A DNA stretch of 64,000 bases, taken from NCBI GenBank assembly GCA_013288215.1, contig JABDCI010000004.1:298-64297 (forward strand). Direction: 5' to 3'. Positions 51,875-60,940 of this stretch are shown in pieces. This DNA is from Verrucomicrobiota bacterium (GTDB lineage: Bacteria; Verrucomicrobiota; Verrucomicrobiia; JABWAM01). The notes below the pieces were generated by a model. It was not told the DNA's origin and searched no databases. It worked only from the letters and a program-made list of their open reading frames with translations. A program made the translations under genes and the position numbers. How positions within the stretch are numbered: the stretch's first letter is position 1; each line of letters starts with the position of its first letter.

Positions 51875-52033
51875 TTAGGGTTTAACAGCCACAATTTTTC
51901 CATTCCGCATGACGTAAATGGATGTTCCGTACCGTCGCGCAATGGTACGCGCACGTTTTGCCGCTCTGCGGAGTGCTTTGCCCACAGTTTTTGCGAAGTC
52001 ATTCGATGCTTTGCGGTGAGGATTCCGTTTCAT
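51875..52033 (-). CDS. small basic protein (52 aa), candidate antitoxin or DNA-binding partner. Not in the ORF track because it is under 60 aa.
   Basis: Hand-translated: MKRNPHRKASNDFAKTVGKALRRAAKRARTIARRYGTSIYVMRNGKIVAVKP. Its ATG overlaps the TGA of the upstream kinase-like gene (ATGA). Confidence 0.4.
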   Translation of the reverse strand: MKRNPHRKASNDFAKTVGKALRRAAKRARTIARRYGTSIYVMRNGKIVAVKP

Positions 52034-52668
52034 GGTCCTTCTTCCAAGAGTTGAGGTTTGTCTCCCGAATTATCGTAAACCGTCCAAGTGTCAGCTAGCG
52101 GTTGATAAATATTCTGAAAATTTTTCCATCCTCGGACAAAACGCCGAAGCACGTCTTTGTAGGGTACGTCATGCCCTCCTTCTTTCACTCGGGCTGCAAT
52201 TCGGCGGCGTGCTAGATGAACCGATTCCAAACGTAAGAATACCATTTCGATACGATATCCAGCAACCTTCCATCGCTTGAGGCGGGTTGCATAGCTTAGT
52301 CCGCTTAGTGTGCTTTCGAAGGCAAAATCTTCATTGGCTCGTGCTAGGCGATCAAGTTCGGCCAAAAGTAGCCGCCCAGCCGCCACAGCCGCCAATTCGG
52401 GTCGAAGCGGAGACAGGCCACCAGCGATCAAATCTGCATTCACGAAGCGAAGGATGCCGGTATATTTGGGCAAATATTCTTGTGCAAAAGTAGTCTTTCC
52501 AGCGCCATTTGGACCTGCAATCAGGATGCAGCGTTTGGATGTATGCGTCCCCTTCATCCAATGAAATTTAGCGATTCGTATGAAGTGTTGACAGTCTTTT
52601 CGACTACCGCTCTGTGTTTGGAGCGTACGGGAACCCATAGCGATTTGTTTGGAATGGGCGCAAACCAA
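52030..52668 (-). CDS. zeta-toxin-like P-loop kinase / AAA ATPase (alternative start at 52557)
   Basis: ILIAGPNGAGKTTFAQEY Walker A. Zeta/CPT-like size and layout. Confidence 0.6.
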   Translation of the reverse strand: MVCAHSKQIAMGSRTLQTQSGSRKDCQHFIRIAKFHWMKGTHTSKRCILIAGPNGAGKTTFAQEYLPKYTGILRFVNADLIAGGLSPLRPELAAVAAGRLLLAELDRLARANEDFAFESTLSGLSYATRLKRWKVAGYRIEMVFLRLESVHLARRRIAARVKEGGHDVPYKDVLRRFVRGWKNFQNIYQPLADTWTVYDNSGDKPQLLEEGP

Positions 52669-52851
52669 TCTCCTGCATAATGCCTTCCAAGCAGTAGGTC
52701 GAATCTTGAAGGCGAAGAGCCGCTTAGACGTTGTTCAAGACCACCCTTGACCCCACCATTTTAACCCACTAAACAACTGTCAGATGCCACACTTTTCGAA
52801 TAAATTTTTTAGAATGCCCAGATTTTCTTCAATGTACGCAACCGATGTAAA

Positions 52852-54330
52852 ATGCCCGCAAAGTCTAAAACACAACTGATTAAACGCCTGCTCGGACACT
52901 ACGAGCACGACGGATTTTTCGACGAAATGTTGGATGCAAAGAGCCGGATACGCCCGCATTACCGTCAGTTCCGAGAGCTTTTCCAAACGTTGACGACAAA
53001 GGAGTTCGAACACAAACGCCAATCGGTTGATCTCGCGTTTCTGCGTCAAGGAATCACGTTCAACGTTTATGGTGACTCGGCGGGCACGGAGAAGATTTTT
53101 CCATTCGATCTGCTGCCGCGTGTCATTCCAACCAAGGAATGGGAAATGCTCGAACAGGGCCTCGCGCAACGCCTCATGGCGTTGAATTTGTTCCTGCACG
53201 ATATTTATCATGAACAAAAAATCTTGCGGGACCGTGTCATTCCGCCGTCCTACGTCCTTTCGGGAAAACATTTCCGGCGCGAGTTCGTGAATTTCAACGT
53301 GCCAAAAGATATTTATATTCACATTTGCGGCACGGATTTGATTCGCAACGACGACGGCCAATACATGGTCCTGGAGGACAACGGGCGTTGTCCCAGTGGC
53401 GTCAGTTACGTTTTGGAAAATCGTCGCGCGATGAAGAGAACCTTCCCAGCCATGTTTGAGGGCATCGGCGTGCGGCCGGTCGAACATTATCCGCAGGAAC
53501 TGCTCAAAATGTTGCAACACATTGCGCCCGGCGGCGTGACGGATCCAACCATTGTTTTGCTCACTCCTGGCGCTTACAATTCGGCTTACTTCGAGCACAC
53601 TTATCTCGCGCGGCAAATGGGTATTGAAATCGTCGAGGGCCGCGATCTCGTCGTGCGCGATGCGCGTGTCTTCATGCGCACGACCAAAGGGCTCCAGCAG
53701 GTGCACGTCATTTACCGGCGCCTCGATGATGATTTTCTCGACCCGACGGTTTTTCGGCGCGATTCAATGCTCGGCGTTCCAGGCATCGTCCATGCTTACC
53801 GTGCCGGAAATGTGTCGCTTGCCAATTCCATTGGCACAGGCATCGCAGACGACAAAGTCATCTATTACTTTGTGCCGCGCATGATAAAATATTATCTCGA
53901 CCAAGAACCAATCCTTCCTAATGTGCCGACATATCTGGCCAACGAAGAAAGAGACAAAAAATATATTCTCGAAAATCTCGGAAAACTGGTTGTCAAGGCA
54001 GCCAACGAATCCGGTGGTTACGGCATGTTGATGGGGCCGAAAGCAACAAAGTCGGAAATCGGGGAATTCCGTAAAAAAATCAAATCCGAGCCGCGTAATT
54101 ATATCGCGCAACCGATGATCTCGTTGTCGCGGCATCCAACGTGCGTCAATGATGACAACTATTTTGAAGGCCGTCACATCGATCTGCGGCCCTATATCAT
54201 TTACGGCGAAAAAATCGTCATTGTGCCCGGCGGTCTGACGCGAGTGGCCTTGCGCAAGGGTTCCCTCGTCGTTAATTCGTCGCAAGGTGGCGGTAGTAAG
54301 GACACCTGGGTTTTATATGGAAACGAGTAA
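52852..54330 (+). CDS. circularly permuted type-2 ATP-grasp protein (COG2308; DUF404/DUF407)
   Basis: Characteristic N-terminus ...FFDEM...RPHY and length. Part of a conserved three-gene operon. Confidence 0.8.
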   Translation: MPAKSKTQLIKRLLGHYEHDGFFDEMLDAKSRIRPHYRQFRELFQTLTTKEFEHKRQSVDLAFLRQGITFNVYGDSAGTEKIFPFDLLPRVIPTKEWEMLEQGLAQRLMALNLFLHDIYHEQKILRDRVIPPSYVLSGKHFRREFVNFNVPKDIYIHICGTDLIRNDDGQYMVLEDNGRCPSGVSYVLENRRAMKRTFPAMFEGIGVRPVEHYPQELLKMLQHIAPGGVTDPTIVLLTPGAYNSAYFEHTYLARQMGIEIVEGRDLVVRDARVFMRTTKGLQQVHVIYRRLDDDFLDPTVFRRDSMLGVPGIVHAYRAGNVSLANSIGTGIADDKVIYYFVPRMIKYYLDQEPILPNVPTYLANEERDKKYILENLGKLVVKAANESGGYGMLMGPKATKSEIGEFRKKIKSEPRNYIAQPMISLSRHPTCVNDDNYFEGRHIDLRPYIIYGEKIVIVPGGLTRVALRKGSLVVNSSQGGGSKDTWVLYGNE

Positions 54331-54448
54331 ATCGAATGAATAACGAACATCCAGTGTCCAACCTTGAACACCGAGTAGCAAAGCCATCCAACACCGCTGA
54401 ATTTCACTGTTGGGCGTCCGATGGTCGATGCTCGATGTTTTCCCATCC

Positions 54449-55492
54449 ATGTTAAGCCGCGTTGCCAATTCTCTTTACTGGATGTCGCGTCACATCGAGC
54501 GGGCCGAGAATATCGCGCGCATTGTGGATGTGAATCTCCAGTTGCTGCTCGATCTTCGCAATCTCGATGAGGAACGTATGGCGCAACATTGGCTGCCTAT
54601 CGTCCAAGCGACGGGCGATGAAAAGCAGTTTTTTCAGCTTCATAAAAAAGCAACAGGCCATTCCGTCACCGAATTTCTGGTGTTCCAAACCGAAAATCTT
54701 AATTCCATCGTCTCTTCCATCTGTCAGGCGCGCGAAAATGCCCGCATGATCCGTGACCAGATTACCATCGAATTTTGGGAGGAATTGAACCGGCTTTACT
54801 GGTTTGTGCATACGACGCAAGGGCGTCAGGTTTGGAATGAGAGCCCCAGCGAGTTTTTCCAGCAAATCAAAAACAGCTCGCTGCAACTGATCGGCCTTGG
54901 CTATGCGACGCTGATCCGCAACGAAGGCTGGTGGTTTGTGCAAACAGGAAAATTTCTTGAGCGCGCGGATAAAACGTCGCGCATTCTCGATGTGCGTTCA
55001 GGAACGCTGCCGGAGAAGGGGGCGCCTGAGACGACCAGCCAGCCTGAAATCCTGGAATGGTCGGCCATTCTGCACTCTTGTAGCGCGTGGGACGCCTACA
55101 AAACACTTTATGGCATGGAAGTGCATCCGCGCGGTGTCGTCGAGCTTCTTTTGTTCAATGATGATTTCCCAAGATCGGCGCGCTTCTGCGTCAATCAATT
55201 GAATTATGCCCTGCGCCGCATTTCTGGTGTGGCGGACGGACGTTTTTGCAATAATGCGGAAAAACTCGCCGGCAGGCTCGTTGCGGAACTGCAGTTTGGC
55301 ACCATTGACGAAATTTTCGATCAAGATCTCCATCTTTACCTCGACCAATTTCAGTTCAAGCTCAATGACATCGGCATGGCGTTGTTCGACGCCTACATTT
55401 CCCAACAATTCAACAATCTGGAGGATGAAATCATGGTTCAACAGGAGGAGCAGCAACAGCAGTCCCAAATCATTCGCGAAACCATTCTGTGA
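54449..55492 (+). CDS. alpha-E domain protein (COG2307; DUF403). The ORF is open from 54410.
   Basis: MLSRVANSLYWMSRHIERAENIARIVDV is the hallmark N-terminus. Confidence 0.8.
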   Translation: MLSRVANSLYWMSRHIERAENIARIVDVNLQLLLDLRNLDEERMAQHWLPIVQATGDEKQFFQLHKKATGHSVTEFLVFQTENLNSIVSSICQARENARMIRDQITIEFWEELNRLYWFVHTTQGRQVWNESPSEFFQQIKNSSLQLIGLGYATLIRNEGWWFVQTGKFLERADKTSRILDVRSGTLPEKGAPETTSQPEILEWSAILHSCSAWDAYKTLYGMEVHPRGVVELLLFNDDFPRSARFCVNQLNYALRRISGVADGRFCNNAEKLAGRLVAELQFGTIDEIFDQDLHLYLDQFQFKLNDIGMALFDAYISQQFNNLEDEIMVQQEEQQQQSQIIRETIL

Positions 55493-55604
55493 AACGCATT
55501 GGCATCCTGGCTGATGGCGGTGAACACCCTGTAAAATTGTTTTCAGGAAAATTTCGCAATTTTTGCTCGCCGTACCGGCGGGTTTTCGCATTTATGGCGC
55601 CCGA

Positions 55605-56435
55605 ATGAAATGGGACATTGTCCATCAAACACGGTATCTCTACGCCTCGCCCGTGAAAAACAGTTTCAATGAGGCACGGCTCAAACCTCTTTCCAACGAA
55701 GAACAAACGGTGGAAACGTTTGAATTGAAGGTGTTGCCTGCAACCAGGCTCAGCCAATACCACGATTTTTACTCCAACATCGTTCATCACTTTGAAATTA
55801 TTGAGCCGCATTCATCGCTGCTCGTTGAAAGCAAGCTGCGGGTGGCCACTCATCCTTCCGCGCCATTGTCGGAGGGCAGTGCGCCCTGGCCATTGGCGCA
55901 TATCGGTGAAGCGCTGAAAGACACGCGCAACCACGAATTTTTGGAGATGAGCCGGTATGTGGAGATTTCGCCGGAAGCATGGCGCCTCGCCGTGGATGCA
56001 ACCATCGGCCAAACCGACACGTGGCAGGCGGCACTGGCCGTCATGCGTTATGTGCATAACCACATCGAATATCTGCCGAACTCAACAACCGTTCACACTC
56101 ACATGCGTGGTGTGTTGCAAGAGCGGCGTGGTGTCTGCCAGGATTTTGCCCACGTGATGGTCGGTCTTTGTCGCGCGCTGAAAATTCCGGCGCTTTATGT
56201 GAGTGGTTATCTGGCTACCGAAAAAGCCAGCGCCACTCATGCGTGGACGGAAGTTTTTATTCCAAGCCTCGGTTGGCGGGCGCTCGATCCCACCCATAAT
56301 TGTCAGGCTGGCGAGACGTACGTGAAAATCGCCTGCGGCCGGGATTATGCCGATGTGCCGCCCATTGCCGGCACTTATATGGGAACAACGGACCGAAGGA
56401 TGGAAGTGGATGTGAAGATCAAACCGGCTGCATAG
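55605..56435 (+). CDS. transglutaminase-like cysteine peptidase family protein (COG1305). The ORF is open from 55563.
   Basis: Bact_transglu_N-like MKWDIVHQTRYLY. Catalytic GVCQDFAH...HAWTEV...LDPTH (Cys-His-Asp). Confidence 0.85.
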   Translation: MKWDIVHQTRYLYASPVKNSFNEARLKPLSNEEQTVETFELKVLPATRLSQYHDFYSNIVHHFEIIEPHSSLLVESKLRVATHPSAPLSEGSAPWPLAHIGEALKDTRNHEFLEMSRYVEISPEAWRLAVDATIGQTDTWQAALAVMRYVHNHIEYLPNSTTVHTHMRGVLQERRGVCQDFAHVMVGLCRALKIPALYVSGYLATEKASATHAWTEVFIPSLGWRALDPTHNCQAGETYVKIACGRDYADVPPIAGTYMGTTDRRMEVDVKIKPAA

Positions 56436-56646
56436 CGCCGAAGTCCAAAAGCGTATGCGGATCGCTCTTCAATCAAAAAGGGACCTACTGTCAGTAAAAT
56501 CGTCCCAAGTGATGCTTCAAAACTCGGAACGTTGGGGAGATGTGCTCGAAAACGGAACTGGTATTTTAAAAAGGCGCCAGGAAAGATAATATTGGGAGAA
56601 TTGTCCTGAACGAATGAATGTGTTCGTGGGGAGTGGATTTGAATAT

Positions 56647-59556
56647 TTAGAAGGCAAAACGCAGGGTTCCGTTAATCGTTTGGTTGCTATAGTCGGAATG
56701 TCCCACTTCGGTTGTATAGCCCAAATTGGCAGATAAGTTTTCCGTCAGATTCATTCCAAGCGAAAAACCAAGGATTGCAAAATCTCGTTTTGGATCGGCT
56801 GTTTGAGTTTCAAACACGCCGCTTCCTTGTGCCAGCTGAGCGCCGATTCCTCGGCTATCGTTGGAGAATTCATGTTGATAGGAAATATTGATTCCAGGAA
56901 TCAACGTCAATCCATGCCATTTCCAATTGTAAGCGGCTCGTCCGCCGATGCCAGTTTGAAGGGATTCAGCTCTCTGATCTTCAAGAGTGAGGTTGAGGGA
57001 ATCGGCGCCCGTTTCCGTAAATTGATCGATCCAGAGCTTCGTATATTGAGCCGATAGAATGGGGCCCCAGGTCCAAGAGGACGTCTTAAAATCGTAACCG
57101 CCGCCGAGATAGGAAGAAAGCTCGCGACCATCGGTTTGGCCTCGTGCCGTGCGGTTAATGGGGTCAAAGGAGATTCTTCGTTCGGTGTCATATTGGTTAA
57201 AGCCCGGTCCGATCGAAGCATTCAGATAAAAATTTTCTGAGAAATAGCTGAAATAAGGCGTTACGGTGATCATGGTGGTGTCGACTTTGCCTCCAGAACC
57301 TCCAAGGTTTGAGCCTGTGTCGCTATAGCCGCTGGCCAGGCCGAGGACCATATGGTCGGTCAGCCGGTAGTCGCCGCCTAATGTAAATCCCGCCGTCGTA
57401 TAGTTATAGCCAGACTGCTGAGCGGTTTGCTCTTGATCGCCGAAGACCGCATTTCCATTGGCAAAGAATCCCCAACGATGATCGGCTTCGGGTGAAACGA
57501 TTCCGGTGAGATTGTCGCCATTGTAAGCCAGGAGGATGTGCCCGTCTTCGTGATAGGCATAATTTTGCGGGCCTTCTCGTAGAGCAAGCATCCGCTGCAT
57601 TAAATTCTGGGATTGAAGGCTGCTTCCTGAAAACGCGGTCGAAGCCATTGCCTCTAATTTTTGCGGAGCAATCTCATTGTAGGCGTTTTGCACGGCTTCA
57701 TTTGAGGTGAACGTCCCGATCGTGTTCAAGACCGATGAAAGGTCCGAAGAGGAGGTGGCCGAACTGAGCGCCGTTGCTAAAGAAAATTGCGATGGATTCA
57801 AATTCAAACTTGGATTTGTTAAATCGCGTTGAACGAGCAGATCTACCGATTTTGCATTGTAAACCGGGACGACCGAAAGCGTAGGAGTCAAGTGATCGAC
57901 TTGAGAAAAAGTTCCATTGACTGAGGTTCCCGCTGTTGCATCGATCACTTTGCTAAAGAGGGTTCCAGCGGTTGGGACATAGTTTCCAATGAGAGAAGGA
58001 TGAAGCGTCCCATTCAGGGTGGCAACTCCACCCACGACCAGCTTGTCGAAGCTCGTAGGGGAGGCAAGTTCGATTCCCAGGCTTCCGGTTGAAGATTGGG
58101 TGTAATTGTTGTTGATCGTGAGAGTGCCTGGAGAATTGCCGGGAGTCACGAGGCCATTATTGTTCAAGGCGAAGATGCTTCCTCCGCCATTCAAACTAGC
58201 TCCGGAAGCGACTGTCACCGTGCTTGCGGTAATGGCTCCGTCGACTTCCAATCCTCCCGCAGAGAGTGTTGTCGCGCCTGTGTAATTTTTCGTTCCCGTA
58301 ACCTCTAAAAGGAGAGTTCCCGCGCCGATTTTAGTAAGTGCGCCCACTCCTCCAATATCGCCGCCCCAACTTGTGGTTGTTCCCGAGGCGATATCAAGGG
58401 TATCGGTTCCATTAAGAGTCATAATCCGGGTGCTTGAGACATTCCCTGTGGTCTTCAGAGTCGAAGAGGCGGAAAAAGTGACGCTATCTGTAAAAAATCC
58501 AAGGTTGGCGTCGGAACTGATCTGGAGCGTTCCACCCGAGATGGTGTTGTTTCCTGCATACGTATTGTTTCCGGAGAGAATCAGCGTTCCCGTGCCGGCT
58601 TTGGTTAACCCGCCTCCGCCGCTGAGAGTGCCTCCAATGGTCGTATTTCCTGCGCCCTGGACAGTGAGTAAATTCCCCCCATTGGCGACGTCACCCACGG
58701 TCAATGTGCGGCCGCTGGTAACATCCCAGGTCTGAGCGTTGCCGAGAGTCAATGCCGGTGTGATGGTCAAATCGGCAGTGGCGGCTGTCATGTCGATTCC
58801 GCTGGTCAGTGTGAAAGCGGATCCACCAATGCTGACGGCAGAAGGCGCATTGGCGATCGTAATCTGAGCGACGGTCAGGCCTGCGACGTCATTGACAGTA
58901 GTCAGATTTGCGGAGCTGGTGCTATTGAAGGTCACATAATCTCCGCTCGCAATAGCTGTTCCTCCCCAATTGGAGGCATTGCTCCACGTGCCGTCGGTCG
59001 TTCCGCTCCATGTGCGCGAAAGATCGCGGTAATAGAAATCATCGAAAATATGAAAATTGGTGCCTATCACGGGCATGGAGGTCTCTTGAACAATCCCTCG
59101 GATACTGATGGTCGCGGTGCCGGCCGGAGCCGTCATATCGAGGAGCTGATAGAGAGTAAATGCCTGGTCCGTGGTGACGTGTGCGCCGGGTTGCTGAAGC
59201 TGCAAGAGAACGCTGTTGGAACCGTCCAAAAACTGCACTTCCAGCCACGACTGGCTGTTATCGAGATTGACCGTCCGAATATACACGGACGCCGAATAAA
59301 GTTTGCCTGCGCTTGCTGGAAAGTTTTGGTAGATGCCTCGAAATCCCGTGCTATCGGTCGTCAGGACGTCATTGACGACGCCGTAGGTGCCGCTATGAGC
59401 ATCGGCGCCCGTGCTTGTTCTCCATCCGGTTCCGAAGGTGCTCCAGCCCGTGAGATCGCCTGTTTCAAAACCAGGATTGGTGAGCATGTTTTGGCCCGAA
59501 GCATTGGATGATAAAAGCAAAAGGGCGAGGGCGATCCTTTGAAGTGGCCACTTCAT
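56647..59556 (-). CDS. autotransporter adhesin-like protein: signal peptide, CBM4/9/22-like head, PATR-repeat passenger, C-terminal beta-barrel translocator
   Basis: Signal peptide MKWPLQRIALALLLLSSNASGQ. NPGFETGDLTGWS jelly-roll carbohydrate-binding module motif. Repeated GTGTLxLSGNNTYxGxTxISGGTL PATR units. The C-terminus ends ...GTLRFAF with an aromatic-rich beta domain. Confidence 0.85.
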   Translation of the reverse strand: MKWPLQRIALALLLLSSNASGQNMLTNPGFETGDLTGWSTFGTGWRTSTGADAHSGTYGVVNDVLTTDSTGFRGIYQNFPASAGKLYSASVYIRTVNLDNSQSWLEVQFLDGSNSVLLQLQQPGAHVTTDQAFTLYQLLDMTAPAGTATISIRGIVQETSMPVIGTNFHIFDDFYYRDLSRTWSGTTDGTWSNASNWGGTAIASGDYVTFNSTSSANLTTVNDVAGLTVAQITIANAPSAVSIGGSAFTLTSGIDMTAATADLTITPALTLGNAQTWDVTSGRTLTVGDVANGGNLLTVQGAGNTTIGGTLSGGGGLTKAGTGTLILSGNNTYAGNNTISGGTLQISSDANLGFFTDSVTFSASSTLKTTGNVSSTRIMTLNGTDTLDIASGTTTSWGGDIGGVGALTKIGAGTLLLEVTGTKNYTGATTLSAGGLEVDGAITASTVTVASGASLNGGGSIFALNNNGLVTPGNSPGTLTINNNYTQSSTGSLGIELASPTSFDKLVVGGVATLNGTLHPSLIGNYVPTAGTLFSKVIDATAGTSVNGTFSQVDHLTPTLSVVPVYNAKSVDLLVQRDLTNPSLNLNPSQFSLATALSSATSSSDLSSVLNTIGTFTSNEAVQNAYNEIAPQKLEAMASTAFSGSSLQSQNLMQRMLALREGPQNYAYHEDGHILLAYNGDNLTGIVSPEADHRWGFFANGNAVFGDQEQTAQQSGYNYTTAGFTLGGDYRLTDHMVLGLASGYSDTGSNLGGSGGKVDTTMITVTPYFSYFSENFYLNASIGPGFNQYDTERRISFDPINRTARGQTDGRELSSYLGGGYDFKTSSWTWGPILSAQYTKLWIDQFTETGADSLNLTLEDQRAESLQTGIGGRAAYNWKWHGLTLIPGINISYQHEFSNDSRGIGAQLAQGSGVFETQTADPKRDFAILGFSLGMNLTENLSANLGYTTEVGHSDYSNQTINGTLRFAF

Positions 59557-59985
59557 GCCGTGATTTTAAGCATTTAGCATGCCAATTTTGTAACGTCATA
59601 TTTACTGTAATACTTTTGTTATGAATGATTTATGTAAGTAAATTTAAATTTATGATGGATGATTTTATCTTAACAAAAAGCAAAGAATTTTTCGAGAGTC
59701 ACTTTTTTTATTTAATAATTCCAAAGGAAATTTACTATCTCTTCGGGTCTCGTCTTCATTTGGATATCAACAAGAGATCGGAAAAGTGTGCATCCGCTGC
59801 CGGAAAACCTGATCCAAATTGTTGTAAAAATGACCCAAACGAGAATTTTCATGGTTGGGATTTCAGGACCATCCACGCCAAAGATCTGAACAAGCGTGAA
59901 GCCGTCATGTTGCGTGGAAAGTGGTTGCCCTCTTGTTTTGATTATGCGAAGCATTACCTATAGGATGACTCTTTGAAATGGCCCC

Positions 59986-60891
59986 ATGGAATTGACTGAA
60001 AATCAACTCGCAACGATCCGCCAAACGTTGAAACGCTGTAGTCCTGAGACAATTGCGGCCGCCATTCAAATCCGTGCTTGTCAAGATTTAGAAGCTCTGC
60101 CGGTCTTTGTTTTGGGCGTCATCAATCGATATTTGCCGCCAGAAAATCGAGCCAAGCTCACCGAAGCGAGCAATTCAACACGTCTTGTTGAAGATCTTGG
60201 AATCGACTCGCTGACGATGCTCGAGATTGTTTTGACAATCGAGGAATCATTGGAAATCGATAAAGTGGACAATGCCGAGCTGCAAACCTTGCGAACCATT
60301 GGCGACATCAAGAATTTTTTAGCGGAGAAGGCCTCCGGTGCGGTTTCCAGAAATGGTTCCGGTGGACGGTTGTCCGCAAAGAAAACCTATCAAAGGGATC
60401 AAATTATTTGTGCTCTTCCGCAGCAGCCACCCTTCCTTTTCCTGGATCGTGCTGAGATTCACGGCAACGTCATTACGGCAAGTTATCAGATCACAGGAGA
60501 AGAATATTTTTTGCAGGGGCACTTCAAAGATAATCCTGTGTTTCCGGCATCCATTCTTTTCGAAGCCATGGGACAAGCGGGTTGTTTGTGGCTCGTGGAA
60601 AGCAAAGCCGAGCAAAATGGCGCCTTGGGTGAGTGCGATCAGATCCTCTTTTCTTCGATGGAAGATGCGCGCTTTCATCGGATCACACGACCCGGCGATC
60701 GGATCGACATGGAACTCAAACTGATCCGCTTTCACGCTCCTCTTGCCGTGTTTTCAGCCGTGGCGCACGTCGGACACGAGCGTGTTGCTTCGGTGGAATC
60801 GCTTGTCCTTGCAATGGCTTCCTCAGCTTGCGTTTCCGCTGCTTCTGATCACGCTGTGGTGGAAATGGCAAGTGCGTCGAGATCTGTCTGA
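59986..60891 (+). CDS. acyl carrier protein fused to a FabZ/FabA-like hot-dog dehydratase
   Basis: ACP core LVEDLGIDSLTMLEIV (phosphopantetheinylation Ser). The dehydratase domain LQGHFKDNPVFPASILFEAMGQA...EDARFHRITRPGD aligns to FabZ catalytic His/Glu regions. Confidence 0.75.
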   Translation: MELTENQLATIRQTLKRCSPETIAAAIQIRACQDLEALPVFVLGVINRYLPPENRAKLTEASNSTRLVEDLGIDSLTMLEIVLTIEESLEIDKVDNAELQTLRTIGDIKNFLAEKASGAVSRNGSGGRLSAKKTYQRDQIICALPQQPPFLFLDRAEIHGNVITASYQITGEEYFLQGHFKDNPVFPASILFEAMGQAGCLWLVESKAEQNGALGECDQILFSSMEDARFHRITRPGDRIDMELKLIRFHAPLAVFSAVAHVGHERVASVESLVLAMASSACVSAASDHAVVEMASASRSV

Positions 60892-60940
60892 CACATTCTG
60901 CCTTGGTGATGCTTCGTGAAAGGAATGGAATCCCGTTTTC

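Noticed and set aside
51790-52002. 70-aa minus-strand ORF
   Set aside because: It overlaps tRNA-Cys on the opposite strand. The real small gene in this region is the 52-aa ORF at 51875..52033, in a different frame.
52780-53706. 308-aa minus-strand ORF
   Set aside because: Fully antisense to the N-terminal half of the circularly permuted ATP-grasp gene, whose family assignment is strong. Shadow ORF.
59625-59963. 112-aa plus-strand ORF in the AT-rich autotransporter/ACP-FabZ spacer
   Set aside because: Both strands are open here (the minus-strand ORF is 59712..59954) and the N-terminal part is low-complexity AT-rich. It could be a small Cys-rich protein, but the sequence alone does not distinguish a real gene from a chance ORF.
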